DNA of 64,000 nucleotides from Octopus vulgaris. Lineage: Eukaryota. The stretch's first letter is position 1. Each line of letters begins with the position of its first letter. Where the stretch lies: contig OX597818.1 of the NCBI GenBank assembly GCA_951406725.2, positions 15,314,001 to 15,378,000 of the forward strand. The letters run 5' to 3'. A model generated the notes under the pieces. That model was not told the origin of the DNA. It did no database searches and saw nothing but the letters and a program-made list of their open reading frames with translations. Shown piece after piece: positions 44,424 to 56,963 of this stretch. The translations under genes were made by a program, and so were the position numbers.

Positions 44424-46786
44424 GTAAGTTTGAATTCGATATGTATTCAATTAACAGTATTCAAAGAGGTGACAATGGTTATTGAATTGAGTGGCAGAAT
44501 TAATTTATCACCTGATTTTTAACACCATCATTCAACCATTGAGTGCCTTTAGAGCAATCAAATCTACTGGAAGCATTTGAATCAGGACTTTAGCCTGGCT
44601 TGAAAGTAACAGCCCTCCTGTTTCCCACTTCCAGTTTTGCGGACCAGGGAAAGTTCATGAATGCTGTTTCTTCCTTTCTAATTGAGTCACATAATAATGA
44701 TACTAATAATTGGCATAAGAAAAATGGTAAAGAACCCATTGGTTATGAATGACCATGGAATTGCACCTAGCATGTTCCTTCCGAGGCACAAGTCCAGGCA
44801 AGGCTGTTTCTGGAAGATCAGCAGTCACCCGTGCATACCATTCTCCTCTTTCCATGCCACTGACATTTGTCCAAGAGAAAGGCAAAGGCTGATGTAACTT
44901 GGGACTAGTGACATCACAACTCATTTCTACAGCTAAGTGAACTGGAGCAATGTCAAATAAAGCGTCCTGCTCAAGAACGCAACACAGCCCAGTCCAGGAA
45001 TCGAACTCACTACCTCATGATTCACCTGGCGTGGTAATGATTCTGCCAGCTCACCGCCTTAATAACAATAATAATAATGATGATGATAATAATGATACTG
45101 ATAATAATTAATAATATTAATATGCCAATTAGTTCTTTTTTGTGAGTGAAAAAGTGAGAGAGAGGAGAACAGAGAGGAAGTAAGAGAGAAAGTGAGATAG
45201 TGAGAAAGAAAGAGAAAGAGAGGGAGTGAAAGAAACAGTGAGTGGGGACAGTGTTCATTTTATGATTATAAATACTTATCACATCGCAAGAAAAGTAGAT
45301 ACATGGATACATACACACACTGTTAAATTAAAAGCGGAAGAGAGGAGGGACACAGAGGAAGTGAGAGAGACAGTAGATACATAGATCCAAAGAAAAGTTG
45401 ATACATAGATACATAAACACAAGTATTAGGTGTCACTTTCACTTTTCATTACCACACGAGGATAAAATTAACTCGCAAGTGGCTGAGTACTCCACAGACA
45501 TGCATATCATTAACGTAGTTCTCAGGGAGATTCAGTCTCACACAGAATATGACAAGGCTGGCCCCTTTGAATTTCAGCTACAACTTATTTTGGCTAGCTG
45601 AGTAGGCTGGTTAGAAGAAAATGGTTAGAAGAAAATGAAAGAAGATCCTATACAAGGGCAGGAAAATCTTTTTAGTCATTAGGGTCACTTTGGGTGTTAA
45701 TCCAGTTCTAACAGCAGCATTTGTGGGTCTCATAGACCTGAAGGCCAAGCCCCCAGATAAACACCGATGTGCAGGCTGTTGTTATCAAACTGAGCCAGAG
45801 TCGAGGGCAAATACACAATGGAATAGTAATTATTTCATCTTAGCTTTTACTGCTTATACTAAACACATGACACTTTAGTCTTATGATATGGAACATTTCC
45901 TTTACCTTCTCTTAAAAAATGGCACTCCATCAGTTATGACGAAGAGGTTCCTGTTTATGTGATCAACGAATAGTCTTCTTGTAAAATTAACATGCAAGTG
46001 GCTGTGTACTCCACAGACATTTATACCATAAGGTAATTCTCAAGGAGTTCAGCCTCACACAGAATGTGACAAGGCTGGGCCCTTTGAATAACAGCTACAA
46101 CTAATTTTTGCCAGTTGGGTGGACTGCATAGTGCACCACAGGGAGTCATACTCATGACTTTATGATCATGAACCAAATACTTCTAGCCACTGAGCTTCAT
46201 ACCTTCGCTCTCTTAACTGTAGCGAAAAGGAGTAAAGTGACAGAGACAGAGAAAGGAAAGCCTCCCTCATCTATAATGACAATTAGACTGAAATACAATC
46301 AATCTTTTCTAGCTTCTTTACTTTTAACAATGAAGAAGAGGGAAAGATATTTAGTAATAAATAGAGGGAAAGTCTTTCAGGTGTTCACGTTTTTATTCCG
46401 GGAGTTTTAGAATGATCGACTGTTAGCTCTGTCTTCTTTCACCCCCTTCCCCCGGTACTTATTTGCCTTCTTTCATAGTTCTTCATATATTTTAGGTGGT
46501 GGGGAAAATCCACGTTTTTTTAAGCACATTTAACGTTTTCTCTATAAGCCTCCCTCCCTTCCTTTTCTTTTTCATGCAAAAACTAAAACAAATTTCAGAT
46601 GGGGTATAGGTGTGCAAAGAACCCAGAAAAATGGGTAATACTCCTTCCAAAATTGGTGGGGGAGAAAAGCTGCCAACAGGTGGCTACACAAAATTCAAGT
46701 CTATACTTTAAAGAGTTTCTTCTTCTATAGCCTCGGGCCAACCAAAGCCTTGTGAGTAAATTTGGTAGATGGAAACTGAAAGAAGC

Positions 46787-46826
<40 letters not shown>

Positions 46827-46839
46827 ATACATATACATT

Positions 46840-47184
46840 AAAGGGTAAAGACCCCCTTCGGTCATGAGTGACCATGGGTTTGCACCTAGAGAGTTACCCT
46901 CTGAGGCACAAGTCTGGGCAAGGTTGTTTTTATGGAAGACCAGTAGTCGCCCATGCATACCGACCTCCCCTCTCCACGCCACCAGTTTTATCCAAGGGAA
47001 AGACAAAGGTCGATACAGCTTGGCACCAGTGACGTCGCAACTCATTTCTACAGCTGAGTGAACTGGAGCAACGTGAAATAAAGTGCTTTGCTCAAGAACA
47101 CAACACGCAGCCCGGTCTGGGATTCGAACTCACAACCTCACGATCGTAAGCTCGACGCTCTAACCACTGAGCCATGCGCCTCCA
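46840..47184 (-). mobile_element. tRNA-derived SINE, family D
   Basis: Head GGAGGCGCATGGCTCAGTGGTTAGAGCG...GAGTTCGAATCCC; decayed relatives near 39300, 44740 and 36240. Confidence 0.85.
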
Positions 47185-47191
47185 CATATAC

Positions 47192-47266
<75 letters not shown>

Positions 47267-47277
47267 GTATATATATG

Positions 47278-47382
<105 letters not shown>

Positions 47383-47607
47383 GTATATATATATATATGT
47401 ATATACATATATATGTATATATATATATATATATACATACACTCACGGAGTGGTTGGCGTTAGGAAGGGCATCCAGCCGTAGAAACACTGCCAGATTTGA
47501 CTGGGCCTGATGAAGCCTTCTGGCTTCACAGACCCCAGTAGAACCGTCCAACCCATGCTAGCATGGAAAACGGACGCTAAACGACGATAATGATGATGAT
47601 GATATAA

Positions 47608-47874
47608 AAAGGCAGCAAGCTGGCAAAAGGCGGCGAGCTGGCAAAAGGCGGCGAGCTGGCAGAGACGTTAGCACGCCGGGCGAAATGCTTTGCGGTATTT
47701 CGCCTGTCACTACATTCTGAGTTCAAATTCCGCCAAGGTCGACTTTGCCTTTCATCCTTTCGGGGTCGGTAAATTAAGTACCAGTTACGCACTGAGGTCG
47801 ATGTAATCGACTTAATCCATTTGTCTGTCCTTGTTTGTCCCCTCTGTTTAGCCCCCTGTGGGTAATAAAGAAAC
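47608..47874 (+). mobile_element. tRNA-derived SINE, family B, with a triplicated 18-bp head
   Basis: AAAAGGC(A/G)GC(A/G)AGCTGGC three times, then the normal body. Confidence 0.85.
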
Positions 47875-48396
47875 ATATATATATAATATTTTTATGTGTG
47901 TGTGTTTGTGTCTGTGTTTGTCTTACCACTGCCATTATTTGACAATCAATGTTGGTGTGTTTGCATCCCTATAACTTAGATGTTCTCCAGAAGCGACTGA
48001 TAGAATATATACCAGGCTTACGGGGAATAAGTCCAGTGGTTGATTTCTTTGGCTAAAGGGTGGAGCTCCAGCATGGCCACTGTCAAATTACTGAAACAAG
48101 TAAAAGAATAAAGGAATACTAGAAGAATGTTCCGTACCACTAAACCAAGAAGGTTCTTTGAATATCTACGATGTATTTTAAGGCTAAATAGTAATTCTGT
48201 TTATGTTTGCGTAACTGAGATATTTTGGTTGGATTATATAGTTATCAGTTTTATACGTCTTTCTATATTCTGTAACCGTCACAATATAGAAACATTTCAC
48301 ATGGCTCCAACACACAGTTTATAGATGCTTACATTTTTCATGTTTCCTGTGAATTTTTCACATGTCCAGCTAGTAATTATAATTATAATTGTTTTT

Positions 48397-48447
<51 letters not shown>

Positions 48448-48583
48448 AATATTATCCTTTCTACTAAAGGCACACAGCCTGAAATTTGGGGAGAGGGGAC
48501 AGTATTTCACTAGTACTAAATGTATTGAACTTGAAAGGATGAAAGGAAAAGTTGAGACACTAAACCATTTTTTTTATTGACCC

Positions 48584-48677
<94 letters not shown>

Positions 48678-48940
48678 AAAGATGATAAAAGAAACCTGGG
48701 CATGACAAAGTTCTTAATTCTTGTTAAAAGATTCTTTTTCTTTCATTAAGCTTTTTCATTAATAAACAATAATTATTTTCCTTAATAATCAGTATACATA
48801 CACAGAGGCAGTTCTCCAACGTTTTATTCACTGTAATGTCTAAAACAAACTAAAAATATCTAATCACCATTCTTAATTTCTTCAAACGATTTTAGTTCTT
48901 TATTTGTTTATTTTATATTTTATTTTATTTTTCTTTCCAG

Positions 48941-49261
48941 AAAATGAAATTATGCCACATGAAAAAACCATTAAGGCTTTTTTATCCAAACCAGTCACTC
49001 TTCAATGCCATTTTCCTGGAGTTAAGGTTTCCTGGGAATCTACAAATAATATTTATTTGTTCTCTTATTTAGAATGTAGGGACGCTTTTCCTCACGTTAC
49101 ACAGAATAAGCTTTTTGAAGGAGTAAAAAGTAACTGCTCTAGGAAACAGAAGGTTACATTTCTCACTTTACCTTCTATCACCAAGGAACATGACAATATT
49201 CAAATTAAGTGTAATCGACCAGGAAGTTCTTCACATCTCATATTCTTAATAAAAGTTATAA
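48941..49261 (+). CDS. V-type Ig domain exon, copy 1
   Basis: TTTCCAG| ... A|GTAAGT; 321 nt, phase 1-1, open; VTLQC..KVSW...FLTLPSITKEHDNIQIKC with 67 aa between the canonical Cys and an extra Cys pair. Confidence 0.85.
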
Positions 49262-50331
49262 GTAAGTTATTTTACTGATTTATTTCTTCAAGTGTACTAA
49301 CAAAATAGGTGCTAATACACTTTCACACAACATATATTAGCTTTTCATTTCAGTTGATGCTTTATTGACCCTGAATTTAACAATTTCACCTTTTAACACG
49401 TTTTCTTACTCTTTTCTTTCACTCAATAGCAGGCAAATATATTTCAACAAACAATGAAATGGTTTGCTCCTAGCACTTTTTACTTCATTTCTATATACCA
49501 AGCAGCCAATCAGAACCAATGATATTTCATTGAATTTTTCTCTGCTTGGAGGATCATTTTTTAATATTTCTTACTCTAAAGATGGTGAGCTGGCAGAATC
49601 CTTGGCATGCTGATCAAAATGCTTAGCAGTATTTCATCCTTCTTTATGTTTTAAGTTCAAATTCTGCTGAGGTTGACTTTACCTTTCATCCTCTTGGGGT
49701 TGATAAAATAAGCCCCAAATGAAACCAATATTTCTTACTCTAAAGGCAGCGAGCTGGCAGAATTGTTAGCATGCTGGGTGAAACGCTTAGTGGTATTTTG
49801 TCTGCCATTACATTCTGAGTTCAAATTCTGCTGAGGTCAACTTTGCCTTTCATCCTTTCAGGGTCGATTAAATAACTACCAGTTACGCATTGGTGTCGAT
49901 GTAATTTTCTTAATACCTTTGTCTGTCCTTGTTTGTCTCCTCTATGTTTAGACCTCTGTGGCTACATACATACATACATACAAAAATACCCAGTTGGTGT
50001 TGAAATTCCAATGAAGGAGCCTTGGATCTTGGTTAGAAACCGGTTCTTTCTCTATTGATAAGAAATCTCTAAACAAAACTGAATAATGACATACATACAT
50101 ACATACATCAAACAAAACATACAACTCTGCACATATACATACAAAAATACTCTGTTGATATTGTCAAAATTCCTGTGAAGAAGCCTTGGATGTAGGTTAG
50201 AAGCCAGCTCTTTCTCTATTGGCAAGAAATTTGAAAATTAAACTGAATAATGACATACATACATAGTGGCTGCACCCCCTCGTTAGTTCTTTATTTGTTT
50301 ATTTTATATTTTATTTTCTTTTTCTTTCCAG

Positions 50332-50651
50332 AAAATGAAATTGTGCCACATGTCACAACCATTAAGGCTTTTTATCCAAACCAGTCACTCTTCAATGCAA
50401 TTTTCCTGGAGTTAAGGTTTCCTGGGAATCTACAAATAATATCTATTTGTTCTCTTATTTAGAATGTAGGAACACTTTTCCTCACGTTACACAGAATAAG
50501 CTTTTCGAAGGAATAAAAAGTAACTGCTCTAGAAGACAGAAGGTTACTTTTCTCACTTTCCCTTCTATTACTAAGGAACATGACAATATTCAAATTAAGT
50601 GTAATCGACCAGAAAGTTCTTCACATCTCATATTCTTAATAAAAGTTATAA
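50332..50651 (+). pseudogene. V-type Ig domain exon, copy 2 (1-nt deletion; pseudo-exon or sequencing error)
   Basis: 320 nt; identical to copy 3 except T5 instead of T6 at 50369-50373; stop at 50460-50462 in the shifted frame; splice sites intact. Confidence 0.7.
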
Positions 50652-51715
50652 GTAAGTTATTTTACTGATTTATTTCTTCAAGTGTACTAACAAAATAGGT
50701 GCTAATACACTTTCACACAACATATATTAGCTTTTCATTTCAGTTGATGCTTTATTGACCCTGAATTTAACAATTTCACCTTTTAACACGTTTTCTTACT
50801 CTTTTCTTTCACTCAATAGCAGGCAAATATATTTCAACAAACAATGAAATGGTTTGCACCTAACACTTTTTACTTCATTTCTATATACCAAGCAGCCAAT
50901 CAGAACCAATGATATTTCATTGAATTTTTCTCTGCTTGGAGGATCATTTTTTAATATTTCTTACTCTAAAGATGGTGAGCTGGCAGAATCCTTGGCATGC
51001 TGATCAAAATGCTTAGCAGTATTTCATCCTTCTTTATGTTTTAAGTTCAAATTCTGCTGAGGTTGACTTTACCTTTCATCCTCTTGGGGTTGATAAAATA
51101 AGCCCCAAATGAAACCAATATTTCTTACTCTAAAGGCAGCGAGCTGGCAGAATTGTTAGCATGCTGGGTGAAACGCTTAGTGGTATTTTGTCTGCCATTA
51201 CATTCTGAGTTCAAATTCTGCTGAGGTCAACTTTGCCTTTCATCCTTTCAGGGTCGATTAAATAAGTACCAGTTACGCATTGGTGTCGATGTAATTTTCT
51301 TAATACCTTTGTCTGTCCTTGTTTGTCTCCTCTATGTTTAGACCTCTGTGGCTACATACATACATACATACAAAAATACCCAGTTGGTATTGAAATTCCA
51401 ATGAAGGAGCCTTGGATCTTGGTTAGAAACTGGTTCTTTCTCTATTGATAAGAAATCTCTAAATAAAACTGAATAATGACATACATACATACATCAAACA
51501 AAACATACAACTCTGCACATATACATACAAAAATACTCTGTTGATATTGTCAAAATTCCTGCGAAGAAGCCTTGGATGTAGGTTAGAAGCCAGCTCTTTC
51601 TCTATTGGCAAGACATTTTTAAATTAAGCTGAATAATGACATACATACATAGTGGCTGCCCCCTCGTTAGTTCTTTATTTGTTTATTTTATATTTTATTT
51701 TCTTTTTCTTTCCAG

Positions 51716-52036
51716 AAAATGAAATTGTGCCACATGTCACAACCATTAAGGCTTTTTTATCCAAACCAGTCACTCTTCAATGCAATTTTCCTGGAGTTAA
51801 GGTTTCCTGGGAATCTACAAATAATATCTATTTGTTCTCTTATTTAGAATGTAGGAACACTTTTCCTCACGTTACACAGAATAAGCTTTTCGAAGGAATA
51901 AAAAGTAACTGCTCTAGAAGACAGAAGGTTACTTTTCTCACTTTCCCTTCTATTACTAAGGAACATGACAATATTCAAATTAAGTGTAATCGACCAGAAA
52001 GTTCTTCACATCTCATATTCTTAATAAAAGTTATAA
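51716..52036 (+). CDS. V-type Ig domain exon, copy 3
   Basis: 321 nt, phase 1-1, open, intact splice sites; 10 aa differences from copy 1. Confidence 0.85.
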
Positions 52037-53156
52037 GTAAGTTATTTTACTGATTTATTTCTTCAAGTGTACTAACAAAATAGGTGCTAATACACTTTCA
52101 CACAACATATATTAGCTTTTCATTTCAGTTGATGCTTTATTGACCCTGAATTTAACAATTTCACCTTTTAACACGTTTTCTTACTCTTTTCTTTCACTCA
52201 ATAGCAGGCAAATATATTTCAACAAACAATGAAATGGTTTGCAATTTCCTAACACAATAGCGGCAAATATTTTACTTCATTTCTATATACCAAGCAGCCA
52301 ATCAGAACCAATGATATTTCATTGAATTTTTCTCTGCTTGGAGGATCATTTTTTAATATTTCTTACTCTAAAGATGGTGAACTGGCAGAATCCTTGGCAT
52401 GCTGATCAAAATGCTTAGCAGTATTTCATCCTTCTTTATGTTTTAAGTTCAAATTCTGCTGAGGTTGACTTTACCTTTCATCCTCTTGGGGTTGATAAAA
52501 TAAGCCCCAAATGAAACCAATATTTCTTACTCTAAAGGCAGCGAGCTGGCAGAATTGTTAGCATGCTGGGTGAAACGCTTAGTGGTACCTTTCATCCTCT
52601 TGGGGTTGATAAAATAAGCCCCAAATGAAACCAATATTTCTTACTGCTGGCATTAGCATGCTGGGTGAAACGCTTAGTGGTATTTTGTCTGCCATTACAT
52701 TCTGAGTTCAAATTCTGCTGAGGTCAACTTTGCCTTTCATCCTTTCAGGGTCGATTAAATAACTACCAGTTACGCATTGGTGTCGATGTAATTTTCTTAA
52801 TACCTTTGTCTGTCCTTGTTTGTTTCCTCTATGTTTAGCCCTCTGTGGCTACATACATACATACATACAAAAATACCCAGTTGGTGTTGAAATTCCAATG
52901 AAGGAACCTTGGATCTTGGTTAGAAACCGGTTCTTTCTCTATTGATAAGAAATCTCTAAACAAAACTGAATAATGACATACATACATACATACATCAAAC
53001 AAAACATACAACTCTGCACATATACATACATACAAAAATACTCTGTTGATATTGTCAAAATTCCAGTGAAGGAGCCTTGGATGTAGGTTAGAAGCCAGCT
53101 CTTTCTCTATTGGCAAGAAATTTGAAAATTAAACTGAATAATGACATACATACATA

Positions 53157-53652
53157 GTGGCTGCCCCCTTGTTATCGAGTATGGCCATTGCACGAAGCTT
53201 AATCAATGTTGTTATCGTGCAATGCCTGTGCAAGAAGATTTTTTTTAAAGTGAGGAAAGGCTGTGCACTGAGTCAATCCCACACACTAAGCAACAGCAGC
53301 CATAATCCGAAAAGAAGAACAAGTCAACATCATCGGTAACCACTGAGCCGCAGGTTTTATGTCGAAGTTATCCCAGTTACCTGATTTACCTTCTCCTAGA
53401 AGGATGCCCTAACAAACGCTAGGAGTCCTTCACTCCCAATGGTTTAACCACGCGATCGGGTATTCAGTCCAATTATTTCTATGTCCCCTCGCATGATACA
53501 TCCTTAAGACATTTATTAGATGGCCGTTAACTCTCAAGAGTTCCTCCGCCCTTTGATGGGTTTTGTTTTTCATCCCGCAGGGTGTCCAATAAACACCCTC
53601 CTCACCAAGCAAGCTTGGTGGGGTTGCCGGTTTAGTTGCCGACGACCCGACC
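53157..53652 (-). mobile_element. Non-autonomous retroelement with an RTE-like segment and (TATG)n tail
   Basis: GC-richer block; minus strand TAGGGCATCCTTCTAGGAGAAGG resembles RTE 5' regions; ends GGGGCAGCCAC followed by (TATG)n. Confidence 0.5.
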
Positions 53653-53673
53653 ATGCAATACATACATACATAC

Positions 53674-54842
53674 ATATACATAAATGTGTAATGGTGTCTG
53701 TGTGTGTGTGTGTGTGTTTGGATTTACTCTAACTCCTCCCACTCCATTCAACTGATTTTAATAATTTTTGGCACATAGATAGATCACATGCCCTGTAGTT
53801 CAAATAAGACCGGGATTTTTCGAAAACTCGATAATGCCCAGTTGGCATCGATTTTTATGAGCTCAATCAGGTGTTTGAATGGAAATTCCCATAACGATGT
53901 TATTTTTCCTGCAGCTTTTGCCTTTTTTGTCTGATTTTGATGAAAATTGATGAGTGAGTGGGGCTAATGGCAGTGAGTTGATGTCAGTATATAGCGTTGG
54001 CAAAAAATCGATAAATGCTCTTGAGCAGTGGTTTTATAAAATCAATAGGCATTTTGCATGCAAATACTCATAGGGATTTTATTTTTGGCTGTAACTTTTC
54101 GTGTAAATGGTCACATGGATTCTATTTTATGACATAACCTTAACACTTTTCTTCGGATTTTGTTGAGATTGGACACGCTGATCAATTTTGTACAGAGGGT
54201 GGCATTAAGGGGAAAGAAATAAACAAACACCACTCACAATGGGTCGAAGTGCACCCAAAAGTTTGATTGTGATTTCAGACGCTCCAGTATGTAGGAGTAT
54301 GTTGAAAGTGTTAACCAAGTGAAATCCCTGCCGAACCAGATATAACATCTTAATGGGTAATAGTTGGCATGGGGAACGTAGAAGATTTCCATACAAGGTC
54401 AGAGGTGGGCTTAACTTCAACATGGAATACACGAGCAACAGCTAGTCTATATACATAAATGTGTAATGGTGTCTGTCTGTGTGTCTGCATTTGTGGTTAC
54501 TCTATCTCCTCCCACACCGTCCAACCAATTTTAATGATTTTGGCACATAGGTAGATCACATGCCCTGAAGTTCAAATAAGGCTGAAATTTTTGGAAAACT
54601 CAGTAATGATCAGTTGGCATCGATTTTTGTGAGCTCCATTGGGTATTTGAATGGAAATTCCTATAACAATGTTATTTTTCCTGCAGCTTTTTGCATTTTT
54701 GTCTGATTTTGACTACCGAACCAGATATAACATCTCAAGGGATAAAACTTGGCATGGAGAACATAGAAGATTTCAAAACAATGTCAGAGGTGGGCTTAAC
54801 TTCAACATGGGAAACACAAGCAACACCGGGTCCAACAGATAG
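53674..54842 (+). mobile_element. Two head-to-tail non-autonomous Helitron-like copies (53674-54445, 54446-54842)
   Basis: Both start TATACATAAATGTGTAATGGTGTCTG; junction CTAG|TCTATA matches Helitron 3'-CTAG and 5'-TC ends; the second copy is internally deleted. Confidence 0.7.
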
Positions 54843-54999
54843 TACATACATACATATGTGTGTATGTATATATATATATATATGTGCATGTGTGTGTGTC
54901 ATTTTATCACGTATGTATGCATGTTCTTGTATTATTGTATTAACCAGACTCTCAGATGTTGTTATACATCCCTCCTTACAAGCAAAACACTTTCAATTC

Positions 55000-55860
55000 T
55001 TTTTTGATTGTACCATTCTTTTCCATCTTGGTCCAAATAGTTTAACTAAATCATCTTCCCATCCTTGTAAAGGCCTTCTCAATGCATCTTCTAATCTTTT
55101 GGATCCCACTTGACAACTACACAGGTCTGTGAACCTTGCAACATGTCCAGCTAGGTAGAACTTGTGCTTCCATTATTGTGCAATAAACATCAGCTCCATT
55201 CTGGAATTATCTCATTACAGATAAGCTCTCATAAATATATTCCTATCATGAATATTTCCATGGCCCTTTGCATTGTAGTCAATCAATGTTCTTCCTTCTT
55301 TGTAGTTGCCCACATCTCACTTGTGTATAAGAGCACAAACTGGACAACCTGTAGAAGACTCTGGCTTATATGGTATTGTCCAGCTTTGCTTTGAGCACAT
55401 CTTTGTTGATGAAAATACCTTCCATTCTGCCCCTTATTCTCTTTAAGATTTCAGCATCCATGTTTCAGTGCATGTTCATTGCATGCCCTAAATAGACATA
55501 CTTCTTTGCCTCTTCACTTTCATCTCTTCCCATCTCTATTTAGCTTTGTGCTGTGGTTTCAGATTTTATTTGCATATAATCTATTTTAAGGTCTACTGCT
55601 AAGCTATGGGTGCCCAGCTCTGTCAGCTTGATCTGCAGCTGATCTAGGGTTTCAGCCATGAGTATGATGTCATTTGTGAATCGGAGGTGTGTTAATAGCT
55701 TGCCATTGATGTTTATGCCCATCTAATCAATGTCTCTGATGACCATTTTTATTCATACAATGAAGAGATTTAGAGAGATGATTTCTCCTTGCTTGATGCC
55801 CTGCCCAATTGAAATTCATACTGGTAGTAATAGCAGAGTTATCAGTAGTGCAACCAGAGT
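55000..55860 (-). mobile_element. Degenerate RTE-clade LINE RT fragment
   Basis: GIKQGEIISL, GININGKLLTHLRFTNDIIL (LRFADD), YVYLG, AGHVAR. Confidence 0.75.
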
Positions 55861-56314
55861 TCACATCTCTGAGCAGTTTAGTAGATATATATTTTAAGGG
55901 GTTCTTCTCTGTCTGAAGAATTTCTAATAGGAGATTTCTAATGTGTTTATTCTATTGGAAAATTTTGTAACTCTTATTAGCAAATGAAACATGTGTAATG
56001 GCCAATAAATAATACCAAAAACTTTTCCAATCTTTTTTTTTTTTTCAATATATAATGACTCTGCAAACAATATTTCCAGAATTTTCAACTCTAGTGCATA
56101 CTACACATAAGTGTAACAACTATATGTGGAACTTGGAAACTTGAATAAACAGATGTGCTTAAAAATAAAAATAAAAACATTACTATCTAGTATATTTACA
56201 ACTTATATCTTGTTTAGAGATTTTAGAACTAGCTCTGTGTGTGTGTGTAACTGTATGTATGAGTGTGTATGTATATCTGTCTATCTATCTATCTATCTAT
56301 TTATCTATCTATCG

Positions 56315-56373
<59 letters not shown>

Positions 56374-56770
56374 GACACACACACACATATATATATGTAT
56401 GTATGTACATACATGTTTTACAATCATGTGTGCAAACACCCTAACCACTAAACCATGCACCTCCTCTACATGAATTATGTTAATGTCATATTCAGAGAAA
56501 CATTTATAGATCTATCTTTCACACTTTGAACACCATGAGAAATTTGCTATAGGAATCAACAGAATATTCTAGAAACAAAATGATATTTAAAACCATCTTC
56601 CAGTAGACCACACATCAACTCAGACAATAATTTTAATATATTGTATTCCAGAATAAACTATGCTCATAGAAGCATTTTTAGTATAGCTGCTTCAGAATTT
56701 ACATCAACTATTTTGTTACAATATTTCTGTTGAGGTACACTACCTTTGTTTCAAATAATCTTGAGAGTAA

Positions 56771-56963
56771 TCCTTTCTACTATAGACACAAAGCCAGAAA
56801 TTTTGGGGAGAGGGATAGTCAATTACATCAGCCCCAGTACTTGACTGGTACTTAATTTATTGACCCTGGGAGGATGAAAGGCAAAAATCAACCGCAGTAG
56901 AAATTGAACTCAGATCATAAAGACCGATGAAATACTGCTAAGCATTTTGCCCAGCTCACCAGC
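56771..56963 (-). mobile_element. tRNA-derived SINE, family B, antisense to the copies in the triplicated introns
   Basis: Reverse complement reads CAAAATGCTTAGCAGTATTTCATC...TGAGTTCAATTTCT...TTTGCCTTTCATCCT...TAAATTAAGTACCAG. Confidence 0.8.

Larger units (their letters stand above)
48892..53169 (+). repeat. Tandem triplication of a ~1.39-kb exon+intron unit
   Basis: Units start near 48892, 50283 and 51667 (periods 1391 and 1384); each has acceptor, Ig exon, donor, two family-B SINE pieces and a (TACA)n-tailed repeat. Confidence 0.95.

Noticed and set aside
48941-52036. V(D)J-like somatic recombination of the V exons
   Set aside because: I saw no heptamer/nonamer signals next to the exons; each exon has ordinary splice sites.
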